DNA of 64,000 bases. Source: Patellaria atrata CBS 101060. Its lineage: Eukaryota. Below the pieces are notes generated by a model, which worked only from the letters and a program-made list of their open reading frames with translations, did not search any database and had not been told where the DNA came from. The stretch covers positions 620,001 through 684,000 of the forward strand of contig MU006091.1 in assembly GCA_010093705.1 (NCBI GenBank). The letters are read 5' to 3'. Of the stretch, positions 25,206 through 35,797 are shown piece after piece; the stretch's first letter is position 1; every line of letters starts with the position of its first letter. The position numbers were made by a program, and so were the translations under genes.

Positions 25206-26054
25206 AAACCGTACCCTCATACTTGTATAACCATCATTATCTTCGAAGTCTCTCCCAGCAAGTGGCTCAATAATCACATGGAGTTTCATCGAAGTCTGGG
25301 ATTGGGAATTCCTTTTTTAGCAAGCGATTCTGGAGTTGGCCTTTTCAAATTGTTCTAAGCATCGCAATGGCGTTGGAAATAATACATGGAACGCATTTGA
25401 GAGCCTCATTATGCGAAGCGCTCGCCTGTCATCGGCGTTCCGATACTTTACGATATTAAATCTGATCTGAGATTCAGACAGCATTTATGTTCTCTCGATT
25501 TAGTTGCAAAATTTTATACTGCAATACAACATGGATGATTGTGCAAAAACATGTCGTGCTCGTTTTCTTGATATTGGTCATAAGTGAACTTGAGTTGTGA
25601 TCTGCTTTCCTCTCCGAATACGCTCGATCAATTTGTCATTAAACTCATTGAAGTTGTACGGAGCACAGTAGAATTCCTTCATCTAGTAGACTCACATATC
25701 AACAGCATAGTTATCATCTGGAATCTGGAATATATATGATCGTCAGCATTGCCTGTGCGCAGGAACTAACACCTCTCGTGACTAGCGTCAGCCGCGTGAC
25801 TTGGCGCGTTGAGCCACTGCACGTTAAAGTCAGCGCGCCATTCAGAACGGATTGACCCCCTCCCACTTCTTTCTGTAAACACCAACCACAATATCCTCAC
25901 CAATTCCATTCTGCTGGACAAGGCACATTCTGAAGCCACAGGACGCAGAGCAAGGCTTCGCTTCAATATTATTGTTCCCCTGTTTTGGAATCTTGGATGC
26001 AATAGGAGACGTGCTGTGCACAGCCTCCTCTACAGTATAGGTAAAGCAACACGA

Positions 26055-28742
26055 ATGGCCGTGGTTTTAAGCGCCCTGCCCCTCGCATGTGTCCGTTTCC
26101 TGATGAGGCTGCTGGTTCAGCCTCAGTGGATTACTGATCCGATGAGGAGGCAATTGCGGTTTTATGGCCTTGCGGAAGACTTTCAGTATAAAAAGAGCAC
26201 AGTAAGGGAAAACATTGTAAAGAGCACGGAATCTGTCAGCGATACCAAATCGGACCCTTCGGATAACCAACGAGACAGTATGGCGGACGGTCACACCACT
26301 GTCATAACTGAAGTCGAGGTGCAACGGGTGGATTACAGAAAGACAAAGAGTACCGAGGCCGACGGTGACGTAAATGCCAACTCTACGATTGAAGCATTAC
26401 CACCTGCACTGGAGAACCAGAAATTTATCCAGGGGGATGTTGAGCAAGCTGTAAAGTTAAAGGATACGGACAAAGAACTTACTTTCCACATTTCCCCAAC
26501 GACATTGGCAAAATGTAAAGAAGCAGAGGAAAATTCCATTGAAAGCTTTTGGACCCATGAGCTATATGAAGGACCAAAGGGTGAAAAGGTCATAGTGGAA
26601 TACACTGCCAACATCTCGGACGGTGAGGTCTTAGCTAAAAAGTTTCTGGGGGAGCCCGTCCTGGGATTTGATATGGAGTGGGAGTATGGCCATCTCAAAG
26701 GACAGAAAGACGACTGGAATATTGCCCTCATCCAAATGGCTTGCGAGACACGCATTGGACTCTTCCATATCGCAAGGCATAAAGGGGATAGGCTGGAAGA
26801 CAAATTAGCCCCGACGCTACGTGTCATAATTGAAGATATGAATGTTCTAAAGGTCGGGTCATGCATTACTAAGGCGGATTTCTCCCGTTTACGCAACCGC
26901 TTCGAAGGATTGAATCCTCGGAACCCGCAAGATTTAGGTCCTATGCATAAAGAAATATTTTCTACATACCCTCGCAAAAATATCAGCCTAGCAGGCCTGG
27001 TTAAGTGGCACTGCAATGGCTTGACATTGAGTAAAGAACGAACCGTAAGATCCGGTCAATGGAGTCGACAGCTGAATGAGAAACAGATAAGGTACGCTGC
27101 CGCGGACGCATATGCTAGTTTCGTGGTTTATCACATCATGGCCCCTCAAGTCAAAGCCATACAGGAGAGCAACGCTTCAGCAGATGCTGCGGTCGAGGAG
27201 AATACGTCAACTGAAGTAACAGAGAGCCAAAACTCGACTGTTACTCCTAGAAAGGAGTCACAGACTCATCATTCGACCCTAGCGATCCTACGGCGGAGTA
27301 CTAGTTCCCGTGTCATGGATTTACCGTCCGCAAAACTTTACGAAGCATTACGCCTGAGCCGTAATTCTTTCGCTAAGAGGCAGGGAAAGCTCCCATACGA
27401 TTATGGTAAAAACCAGACTCTGGAAGATATAGCCTGTGCATGTCCCAGGACTGAAGAGGAGCTTAAGAATATCGACGGACTCGAACAACATATCGTGGAT
27501 GATTTAGGGGCCGAATGGCTAGCAATAATTGACTTACATCTAGCAGATGGTACTGTTCCCAGTGACTTGGAAAAGAAAGAATATGAAGACAGCGTCTTCT
27601 CCATGCACATATTCACTGCTCTTAGAGAAAGCAGGAACGCCCGAGCAGCACAACTGAAACTTCGTCCTTTTCAGCTTGCTTACAATAGGCATTTGGAGGT
27701 CATTGCACAGAAACGACCTCGATCAATTGCCGAGATGAGAGCCTTAGGAGGGCTCAAAGGTATGAGATGGGCTACACTCGATGGGTTAGAACAAGAATGG
27801 ATTAAGATCATCGAGGGATTCGTTGCTGACGAGGAGAGTACGCCTCCTAGTCAAGTCGAAACTAAAGAAGATGGAGAAGAAGCTCCCGCTCCCGCAGATC
27901 CCGCTCCGGAAATTGGACAAGACGGTCTAACTTTTGATACACTCATGGACATCAGTGAAGAAGACGTCAGTGAGGAGCAGACAATTCGGAATGCTCAGGA
28001 TGATAGCAGAGATAACTGTACTCACGTTGCAGGTGTAGGAGACATGAAGAGCACCGGCTCTCAGGGAGGAGTGAGAGGCGATTTACTACCTGCAACTGCC
28101 GCAAACCGGCCAAATTCTGTAGATCCGCAGGACTTGCTACTACTGGAAGAGCTTGGCGAGGATGACGGCTTACCGACCGAAAATGTACCCCTGGGGTCTC
28201 TTCCTAATCGTTTACTCGAGGAATTGCGAATTTTACGTTCGGGGCTCTCGCAGAAGCTTTCCCTGCCGCAGGAGTCGATAGCATCTGATAAGACCCTGCA
28301 GGAATTGAGTCTTAGACGTCCTCAAGTTCTTCCCGATTTAGTAGTAATCCCCGGCGCAAGCCATTTTGACCGAATTTGCAAACAGAACGGCATGGGCCTT
28401 ATTGCACATGTCAAAGAATATCTTGATACTACCGGAGAGGGGCTTTCGCAAGTACCAGCAACCGCATCGCCCATGGGAACTCCTGTTCCTGGGCATACAA
28501 AGCGCTTTCGGCGTGTATACGATAGTCCTGTCAGAAAAGGAGCAATCTCATTCGGTAGAAGTGTCTCGGATAAGACTATGTTGAATGTTGGAGAGCCAAC
28601 TGAGGAGTTCCCAGAGGGTGGCACAAAGTCCACACCGTCAAAAGAGCGTCGGTACTCTGAAGGATCGGTAGGCCGAAAAAGACCGTCACACCAGAGCAGT
28701 AATGCTCATATGTTTCTCTCAAACAAAAAATCGAGGATATAG
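26055..28742 (+). CDS. WRN/EXD2-like DEDDy 3'-5' exonuclease with three HRDC-like repeats; intronless, start uncertain
   Basis: ExoI VLGFDMEW, IALIQMA, ExoII KADFSRL, SLAGLV, ExoIII W...LNEKQIRYAAADAY. Three HRDC-like repeats with pattern L..LR..R...A..P....TL..IA..RP....L..I.G. Confidence 0.88.
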   Translation: MAVVLSALPLACVRFLMRLLVQPQWITDPMRRQLRFYGLAEDFQYKKSTVRENIVKSTESVSDTKSDPSDNQRDSMADGHTTVITEVEVQRVDYRKTKSTEADGDVNANSTIEALPPALENQKFIQGDVEQAVKLKDTDKELTFHISPTTLAKCKEAEENSIESFWTHELYEGPKGEKVIVEYTANISDGEVLAKKFLGEPVLGFDMEWEYGHLKGQKDDWNIALIQMACETRIGLFHIARHKGDRLEDKLAPTLRVIIEDMNVLKVGSCITKADFSRLRNRFEGLNPRNPQDLGPMHKEIFSTYPRKNISLAGLVKWHCNGLTLSKERTVRSGQWSRQLNEKQIRYAAADAYASFVVYHIMAPQVKAIQESNASADAAVEENTSTEVTESQNSTVTPRKESQTHHSTLAILRRSTSSRVMDLPSAKLYEALRLSRNSFAKRQGKLPYDYGKNQTLEDIACACPRTEEELKNIDGLEQHIVDDLGAEWLAIIDLHLADGTVPSDLEKKEYEDSVFSMHIFTALRESRNARAAQLKLRPFQLAYNRHLEVIAQKRPRSIAEMRALGGLKGMRWATLDGLEQEWIKIIEGFVADEESTPPSQVETKEDGEEAPAPADPAPEIGQDGLTFDTLMDISEEDVSEEQTIRNAQDDSRDNCTHVAGVGDMKSTGSQGGVRGDLLPATAANRPNSVDPQDLLLLEELGEDDGLPTENVPLGSLPNRLLEELRILRSGLSQKLSLPQESIASDKTLQELSLRRPQVLPDLVVIPGASHFDRICKQNGMGLIAHVKEYLDTTGEGLSQVPATASPMGTPVPGHTKRFRRVYDSPVRKGAISFGRSVSDKTMLNVGEPTEEFPEGGTKSTPSKERRYSEGSVGRKRPSHQSSNAHMFLSNKKSRI

Positions 28743-30978
28743 AATTTCATCAACGACTTGGTTCGGAGCCAGAGAAAGCATTTTCGGTCAAGGCTCATTT
28801 ACGGCGGCATCAATCTCTTTTATATTTTTTTTTTTTGGACATTCTTATTAGATATACCCCAATTGTATGACAGAATTGGCAATTTGGCGATTGGTGATAG
28901 TATTGCCGTTGGTACGAACTTACGAACAGCATCTGAAAGAGCAAACAGTTTCATGGTATTATGACATTTGGACGTTGGAATAGACAAATTTGAGTCCAGT
29001 ATGACGATCATTAGACCTATGATTACTCCGTGCGAAGTCACTCGTGATTACTGGTCAATGCTTGTAATCCTTATTAGTTCTTACATGCGATTCCTTTTAG
29101 GTTCTCTCTAAAGTTTAATCTACAGTAACACAACATCTACTTTGTACACTTCTGTGTATCCCACGCTCCCCATGTTCCGACGCTCTGGTCTAGGGGTTCT
29201 TGAAAGATAGACTGCGAAGGGGAAGTTGAGCTCACACTCTCCGTCCGAACTTTGCACACCCCCGGATGCTGCTCATCTTCGGTGAGCGCAAATGCGAATT
29301 GGACGGCGAGGACGGGTTTGTCGTGGAAGATGATTTTCTGACTGTGCCGCGAAAGTCACAACTGTCACGATGTACAGTACGAACATTATTGGCCAATGCC
29401 CCTTTTACAGCACCCGCGGCGACGTGTTTCAGCAGCAAAGGAGAGCTGGTGCCAACACTATCGTAACTGGACCGCTAGCGAAGATCTGGTCTAGCGGTTG
29501 CTGGGCGATCGGAGCTCCAAGGGCTTCTCGCAGCAACAGAAACAACTCACATATCGCATCACGCACTGTGCGACTGCTCAGTCCCGAAAGCCGCTCTCCC
29601 AGGACTTAACCCCCTTCCCGATGCTACAGTAATCGTCGCTGAGCTGACGGAAGCACTTGACGCTCATTCAGTCTGGGATGATGCTGTTCTCCCTCTTCGC
29701 ATCGAGAACGATGGACGAGTCAGCAACCAGCAAATAACAAAAGGCAACATCAACGTGCGGCCCCGAAGAATCCCAAGATGGCGTTACCTGTCCCTCGCTT
29801 TGTTTCTGCACCGGCGGGAAGTGGAACTCGGTGGAGATATTTATGGACGCTTTTGTGCAAAGGCGTGGCTTCTCATCCAGATTTGTACGTTCGAAGAACC
29901 CCTAATGCTTTGTACGCGAGACGATCAAACAGCCAAAATACACGTGAATCGTTCCTGAATTCCACTTCTCCGCTTTTCTCCATCCTCCTTGAGCTTAACG
30001 CTGAGTCGGAAATCCGAGGCGATCGAACGGCTCGGACGGTAACAGGGCACGCAGGGGCAAAAAGGTGAAAGAGGCGAGAAGGGACTGGCTCTAAAGGTCT
30101 TCCACGAATCAGACCTGTTTCTAGCAACGCTTGGTGCTTCTTGAGCCTTGAACCACGAGCTCAGGTCCAGCGCTCTCTCTAGTCTTTTTCTGCGTTGTAA
30201 CCTCACAAGATGCAGACTCTCTGCATGTTATGCACACTTTGCCCGCCAGTATGAGGCACGAGCTGACAGCTGGTTCGTCCAAGCGGGCAGGAGACAGGCA
30301 CACCATACACATTTTTGTGTCTGTCCACAACCGCAGTTTCCGTGGAGAGGTGAAATCAAGACAGCTGGCGTCTTAAGGCGTTTTTGAACCGTTCGGGGAT
30401 GAAACAGATTCTCTTCTCCAATCCTTTTTGAAGTCCATACACCCCTTCTGTTCTCTTGTTAGAAATTTCTGCCTTCTCATGTGCACCCAACCGACTATCT
30501 AACTGTGGTGCTCTCACTACTTTTTTGTTCCCGTCATTCCTTATTAGGTGTGCAGGACACTTATTCAACCCCATGTTATTACGATGTTCTAGTCCCCTGT
30601 ACAAATTGCCCAATTGAGAATCTCAATCTGTATCTGAAACCCTGCGACCTGCCTGCACGGACAGCATCTCCATAGACAGAGCAGGGCCACTATATCTGGA
30701 TTAAACCGTCCGATATTGCCGTCTATTAACTTTTGCCTCTGCCCCTCTACTTTGTCGGGCATAACCAACGCATTCCCTAACAGAACCCTCATTGGATTTG
30801 TGTCCCTCCTTAACAATCCTATATTCAACTTCGCACGATCCTTTCAAGGCTTTCGTCATCTTCTCATTCCATCCTTAAAACAGAGCACGACCCACAACCT
30901 TTACTGAACATATAGCTTGAAACATCCCGCTCTCCTTGATACAAAGACACAAGCTAGCAACAACAGCACATCACCAAA

Positions 30979-31078
30979 NNNNNNNNNNNNNNNNNNNNNN
31001 NNNNNNNNNNNNNNNNNNNNNNNNNNNNNNNNNNNNNNNNNNNNNNNNNNNNNNNNNNNNNNNNNNNNNNNNNNNNNN
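30979..31078. other. Assembly gap (100 N) within a poly-A tract
   Basis: N run flanked by AAA and A11. Confidence 0.99.
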
Positions 31079-31104
31079 AAAAAAAAAAGAGAGAAAGGAA
31101 AAAC

Positions 31105-32214
31105 ATGGAACCTAATTCTCCTGAACTTCAGCAACTCCAACAATGGTCCTTTAATAAGCCATACGGTCGAGGAGAACGTTCAGACAGCGCAGCGACCTCA
31201 CCAGATCCTGAAGATGTCGAACGGTTACGGATAACACCTGGGGCTACAGAATTAAATGAAGCATTGGAGAAGGAAACATTGTTTCAAGAGCGTTATATGT
31301 CCTCGGAAGAGGATCTATCACCAGGAGAATTGTCAAGCTGGGACTCCGAGGACGACGATGATATTAGTATTCACGAAGGTGAAGAATTTAGTATGGCTAA
31401 AGAGACCCTGTCTACGGAATCATCATACAGGAGAAAGAATGGAGATCTCGCGATTGTTATATCTATGGTCTCTGTAGGAAAACCAAAGGTTGTCGATGTA
31501 CCATTATCACCTATTCCAGACTTCAGACCATGCCGTTCCTCCTCATTGGCCAATGCTATGCCAGTTCTTCGAATACCTGGTTCTCGTCTCTCCACCATTT
31601 CAATATCAAGTCCTACATCTCCAAGGCGGCCTTCTACCGCAAGAGCATTCCCCATTCAGTCCTCATTTTCTTCGGAAATACCCTCACCACTGGCATCAGA
31701 ATTATCACAAGAGGAGGAAGAACCCATCACTTCACCAATAGTACAAGAAGAGTCTCGACCTAAGAATCGGAACTCAACGCACATACCAATCCGTGTGGAC
31801 ATCCCGTCTTTTCTCGATTCGGATCCGTACGCCTCTAGAATCGGTGCATTCCCCAATTCCCTCCGATCCTCCAAAACTGAGTCATCTCCCAAGTCCCCTC
31901 ACAAGCGATTGCGAAGCATATCTAAGTCACTCTCACTGGCAAAGATCGCAATCGCACAAAAAGTAGAGGGACGAAGCAATCCGAAAACACCACTCACACC
32001 CGCAACCCCTTCATCCTCGTTCAGTTCGCCGTACATGCCCAAGAACCGTCAGAGGATGGTTGCGCGAGGCGCGAATGAGCGCGAGCCAACGCTCGAGCTC
32101 CCACCCTTCCCCGACGAGACGGACGGCGATACTGAAGCCTCGTCCGGCGAGTTCGACGTCAAGCAGCTCAGAGTCAGACGAAGGAAGAGCCTGCTGAACT
32201 TGGGATTGGATTGA
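31105..32214 (+). CDS. Ser/Pro-rich, largely disordered hypothetical protein
   Basis: 369 aa intronless ORF with ATG in AAACATGG context. Short ordered motifs ERYMSSEEDLSP, VGKPKVVDV, MVARGANEREPTLELPPFP, RRRKS. Confidence 0.8.
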   Translation: MEPNSPELQQLQQWSFNKPYGRGERSDSAATSPDPEDVERLRITPGATELNEALEKETLFQERYMSSEEDLSPGELSSWDSEDDDDISIHEGEEFSMAKETLSTESSYRRKNGDLAIVISMVSVGKPKVVDVPLSPIPDFRPCRSSSLANAMPVLRIPGSRLSTISISSPTSPRRPSTARAFPIQSSFSSEIPSPLASELSQEEEEPITSPIVQEESRPKNRNSTHIPIRVDIPSFLDSDPYASRIGAFPNSLRSSKTESSPKSPHKRLRSISKSLSLAKIAIAQKVEGRSNPKTPLTPATPSSSFSSPYMPKNRQRMVARGANEREPTLELPPFPDETDGDTEASSGEFDVKQLRVRRRKSLLNLGLD

Positions 32215-33356
32215 GCGTCCCATGCAGACTCGACTTCTCCGAGAACTGAGTCCCCGTGCATCTTCCTTCGCCGATAAGCATGTTTGTGATCGTTGCTGCT
32301 GGGATCAAGTGCTTAGGGCGGGATGATGCAATTGGGACGAAAAGTTATGGAGAAGTGTCAGATTGAGGATGTTGGGCTGACGGGACGGCACATGTCCGAG
32401 GAGGACCGGCGTCCGGGATCGGGTAGTTGTGGTAAAAGGATATCACACTTGCCGAATCTCACGTTAAAAGAATGCACATACTACCCTGGTTCTTTATTAT
32501 TGCTATTATTTTTATTTTTTTTTCCCTTTTCTTGTTTATACCCTCGCTTTTTTTTTTTTTCAATTGGTTGGGAACTTTTATTCAAGATACCATTAGCGTT
32601 GCATGAATTTTCAGGAGTCTGATATCCTACACGATGGTGGCGTTATTTTCCGGCGGCATGGGTATCGCATTTACTCTGCCCTAACTTACCTCTTACGCTC
32701 TTTTGGCATGGTTAAATTTTTAATGCGAAGCGTCAGATAGAATTGGGTGTGGTAGGAGGAAAGGAGGTCTTGTGATATGAAGAGATCGCAGGGGGTTACT
32801 ATATTTTGCGGAGAAGGGGGAGGGTTAGGAAGGTAACTTTATGGAGATGGGGAGATGTTGGTGGCATGTTCATAGTTTCGAAAGATCGGCGTAAGACTGC
32901 GCTATACAACAGTATCCTATTCCTACCAAGCTGATGTTTTTAGCTCGAAAGCGTGAGACTTTTACTTTCTACACTTGTTATTTATCCACTATAGCTGACA
33001 CGCTGCGTCCGAATCTCATTCGGTAGCCCCGTATGCATGATGGTGCAATTCGCAAAACCCCCGGTTCCTTCTCTCCGCATCCCGCAATCGTCTCCCCACA
33101 CTCATCCACCAGGCCCAAGCAACGAAGTACGGTAAGGAGAATTTGTACGAAATCAGGCTAAACACCATCACTCACCGTCTTTATGGGAATAGTTGGGAGA
33201 TACGTTGTCTGGTAGGTAACGCTCAAGCTCTCTCGAGTCAGGCTCATACAGTAGTAACCGTACCCAAAGTACCGACAATACGCGCACGAACCTCCCGCCT
33301 CCCATTTCCAGTCGCCCGGTTACGCTTCCCTCCTCGTATCACTCTATTCCGGAAGC

Positions 33357-34223
33357 ATGAACGATGCGCTAGCCGACGAAATCATATCCATCAACGCGAT
33401 ATACGAGGCCGAGACTTTGGTCCCGCTCCCATCTGGAACGACCTCTACTTCAAACACTGATAATGGCAACGCGAGACTCGTGCTCCTCCATCTCCCACCG
33501 CCTAAGCAGATAACCCTCCGTCTCGCGTTTCCGCCCGCGTACCCGGACGCGCCGCCGCAGGTGCTGGGGATCGAACACGTCGGCCCCACCGTCGCAAAGG
33601 GCGAGGGACGTCTGGTCGAGGGTATCGTGCGAGACGTCATCACGTCGACGTGGCAGATGGGGGAGGAGTGTATATTCCCCACCCTCGAAGCCGTCAAGGA
33701 ACTCCTGGAAACTGTCATCGACGTCCCAGAAGCGTCTCCCGAGCGCGAAACCGAAGAGACGAGAGCGCGGGATGACCACAGCAGAGAACTGGGCGAACCT
33801 CCCCCCTGGGTCCTGAGCGACGCGGTAACGGAGAAGAAGAGCGTGTTCGTCGCGCGGTGTGCGCCTGTTTCCTCGCCCGCGGAGGCGTCGTTGTATATTT
33901 CGCACCTCGTCGCGACTGACAAGCGGGTTGCGAGGGCGACGCATAATATCTCCGCGTGGCGGATCCGAGGAGTTGGGGATGCGGGGGGGAGTGCTACCGT
34001 CTATCAGGACTGCGATGACGACGGGGAAGCGGCGGCGGGCGGGAGACTGCTGAGGTTGCTGCAGCTGATGGATGTGTGGAATGTGGTCGTCGTGGTAAGT
34101 AGGTGGTATGGGGGTGTACTGTTGGGGCCGGATCGGTTTAGGATTATTGGGGAGGTTGCGAGGGAGGCGGTTGTACGGGCGGGGTTTGGGAAGGAGGAGA
34201 AAGGAAAGAGAAGCAAGAGTTAA
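33357..34223 (+). CDS. YIH1: IMPACT/Yih1 family protein (RWD + UPF0029 'ancient' domain)
   Basis: DEI.SINAIY and FPPAYPDAPP (RWD). EKKSVFVA, ATHNISAWRI, QDCDDDGE.AAGGRLL.LL, VVVSRWYGGVLLGPDRF. Confidence 0.93.
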   Translation: MNDALADEIISINAIYEAETLVPLPSGTTSTSNTDNGNARLVLLHLPPPKQITLRLAFPPAYPDAPPQVLGIEHVGPTVAKGEGRLVEGIVRDVITSTWQMGEECIFPTLEAVKELLETVIDVPEASPERETEETRARDDHSRELGEPPPWVLSDAVTEKKSVFVARCAPVSSPAEASLYISHLVATDKRVARATHNISAWRIRGVGDAGGSATVYQDCDDDGEAAAGGRLLRLLQLMDVWNVVVVVSRWYGGVLLGPDRFRIIGEVAREAVVRAGFGKEEKGKRSKS

Positions 34224-34290
34224 AGGGGGCAGTTAGAGGTTAGGGGGCAGGGACTGGGGAGAAGTGCATAAAGGGGAGGTGGATATTGAG

Positions 34291-34314
34291 TTAAGGTTAA
34301 GGTTAAGGTTAAGG
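34291..34314 (+). repeat. Microsatellite (TTAAGG)x4
   Basis: Read directly; lies in the 3' region of the IMPACT gene. Confidence 0.85.
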
Positions 34315-34612
34315 GTTTCCCAAGTGGGAAGGGATATATCGTGTATATAGAAGCGTCGAGTCAAGATACCCCATAGAGCACGGTTAGTGCAAGTAGAATA
34401 GAGTCCATGTTATCATTATATACGTATCGTTTTACAAGATATCTAATACTTCGTCCTTTAGTACGGTGGACACCCCCTATCCCATTACTTCCCTTAACAA
34501 TCTTTTCTCCTCAGAACTCTTCTTCGGCTGTAATCCTCATTAAACCACTCCACTTTTAAGGAATTATATCAACCTCTTCCCATTCGATCCCATAAGCCAA
34601 ACCGACCAACCC

Positions 34613-35382
34613 CTAACCAAGCAACGGCCTCCTCTCTCCCTCCCCATCTCCATCCTCCCGTCGCTCCTTCCCACCCCCCCACCACTGCCTTCCCTCTTCT
34701 CCATCCTCCTTCCCACCCCTCACCCACACCCCCTCCCTAACCAACCAACCCCCCCAACTCCCCTCCACAACCCTCATCTCCCACCCACCGCTCCTCCCCA
34801 GCCCCGCCCCCTTCATCCCTCTCCAGAGCTTCCTCAAAAGCCACACGAGCAGCCAGAGGAGCAGTCCCGCGCCGATGGTCGAGGCGACGGTTATGAGGAT
34901 CGCGAGGAGGGTGTAGGTGGAGCAGTCGCAGCCGAGGGCGCGGGTGCGGAGTTCGTAGCGTTCGGGGCGGAGGGGGCAGAGGGGGTGGGTGAGGGGCGTT
35001 AGGATTGAGGGGTTGTGGGTGGAGGGGAGGGGGAGGCAGGTTGAGGACTGTGGGGATTAACCTTGGGGGTTAGGGGGTTGGAAGTGAAGATGTTGAGCGG
35101 GTGTGTTGGTTTTTTTGAGTGAGTGAGTGAGTGACTGACTAAGGGTCGGAAGTGGTGATTATGGTGATGAGAGCTGAGGCCTTTTGCGGGGAAGGAGTTG
35201 TAAAGGATCATTTGTATACGAGATGTTGGACTTACATACGGACACCATCCGCACCTGGCATCGTTACTCAGACACCTCCCGCAGCTCTGTATCCTCCAGC
35301 ACTTTCTGAGCCTCTCGCGGTCATCCTCACTGTAGCCCGCAGCGGAGAGGTTGAAGAAGGCCGGGAAATCTTGAGAATTCAT
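34613..35382 (-). CDS. PSI-domain single-pass membrane protein, 2 exons
   Basis: Intron 35048-35235 joins CWRIQSCGRCLSNDARCGWCPY to SSTCLP..CPLRPERYELRTRALGCDCST. TM segment follows; ends ERRPLLG. Confidence 0.8.
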
Positions 35383-35797
35383 TACTTCTCGGTCTGAAGT
35401 TTGAGGAGATGAGGCCGCTTTCTTCAATCGCGGGGAAGGGGCATAAAAGCGTGGTGAGCTCAGCTCTTAGTTGAGGCTGGTGGACGATGATGTGCTTTCA
35501 CACGCCGGGACGGAAGGATTTCCGTCTCAACTCGGATTATGGGAGCTGCAGGATGCATTACCCACACTTTGGGTATTGGAGTCCTCATGGCACGGGATAT
35601 GTGGTGCAAGTTAATTTTGATTGGATGGCTTTTTGATATTTACTGATCTGTACTTCTATCTTTTTAAGTATGTAAATGTTGCTCAACGCCAGAGAGATGC
35701 CCAAACGCCTCAATGTCCAATATAGGACTTCCCATGGGGTATTTTTGGTGCTAAATATTTCACAATTGAACTGAACACTACTACCGAATGATTCAAA

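Noticed and set aside
25809..26054. N-terminal 82 codons of the 977-aa ORF
   Set aside because: Begins at TTG and reads like UTR; the first in-frame ATG is 26055.
29100..30900. Short ORFs and an 8-bp inverted repeat (ACCGCTAG..CTAGCGGT near 29471-29498)
   Set aside because: No coherent gene model; the hairpin is within chance expectation. Probably the upstream region of the 31105 gene.
34291..34314. Interstitial telomere
   Set aside because: The unit is TTAAGG rather than TTAGGG, there are only four copies, and it lies in a 3' UTR-like region.
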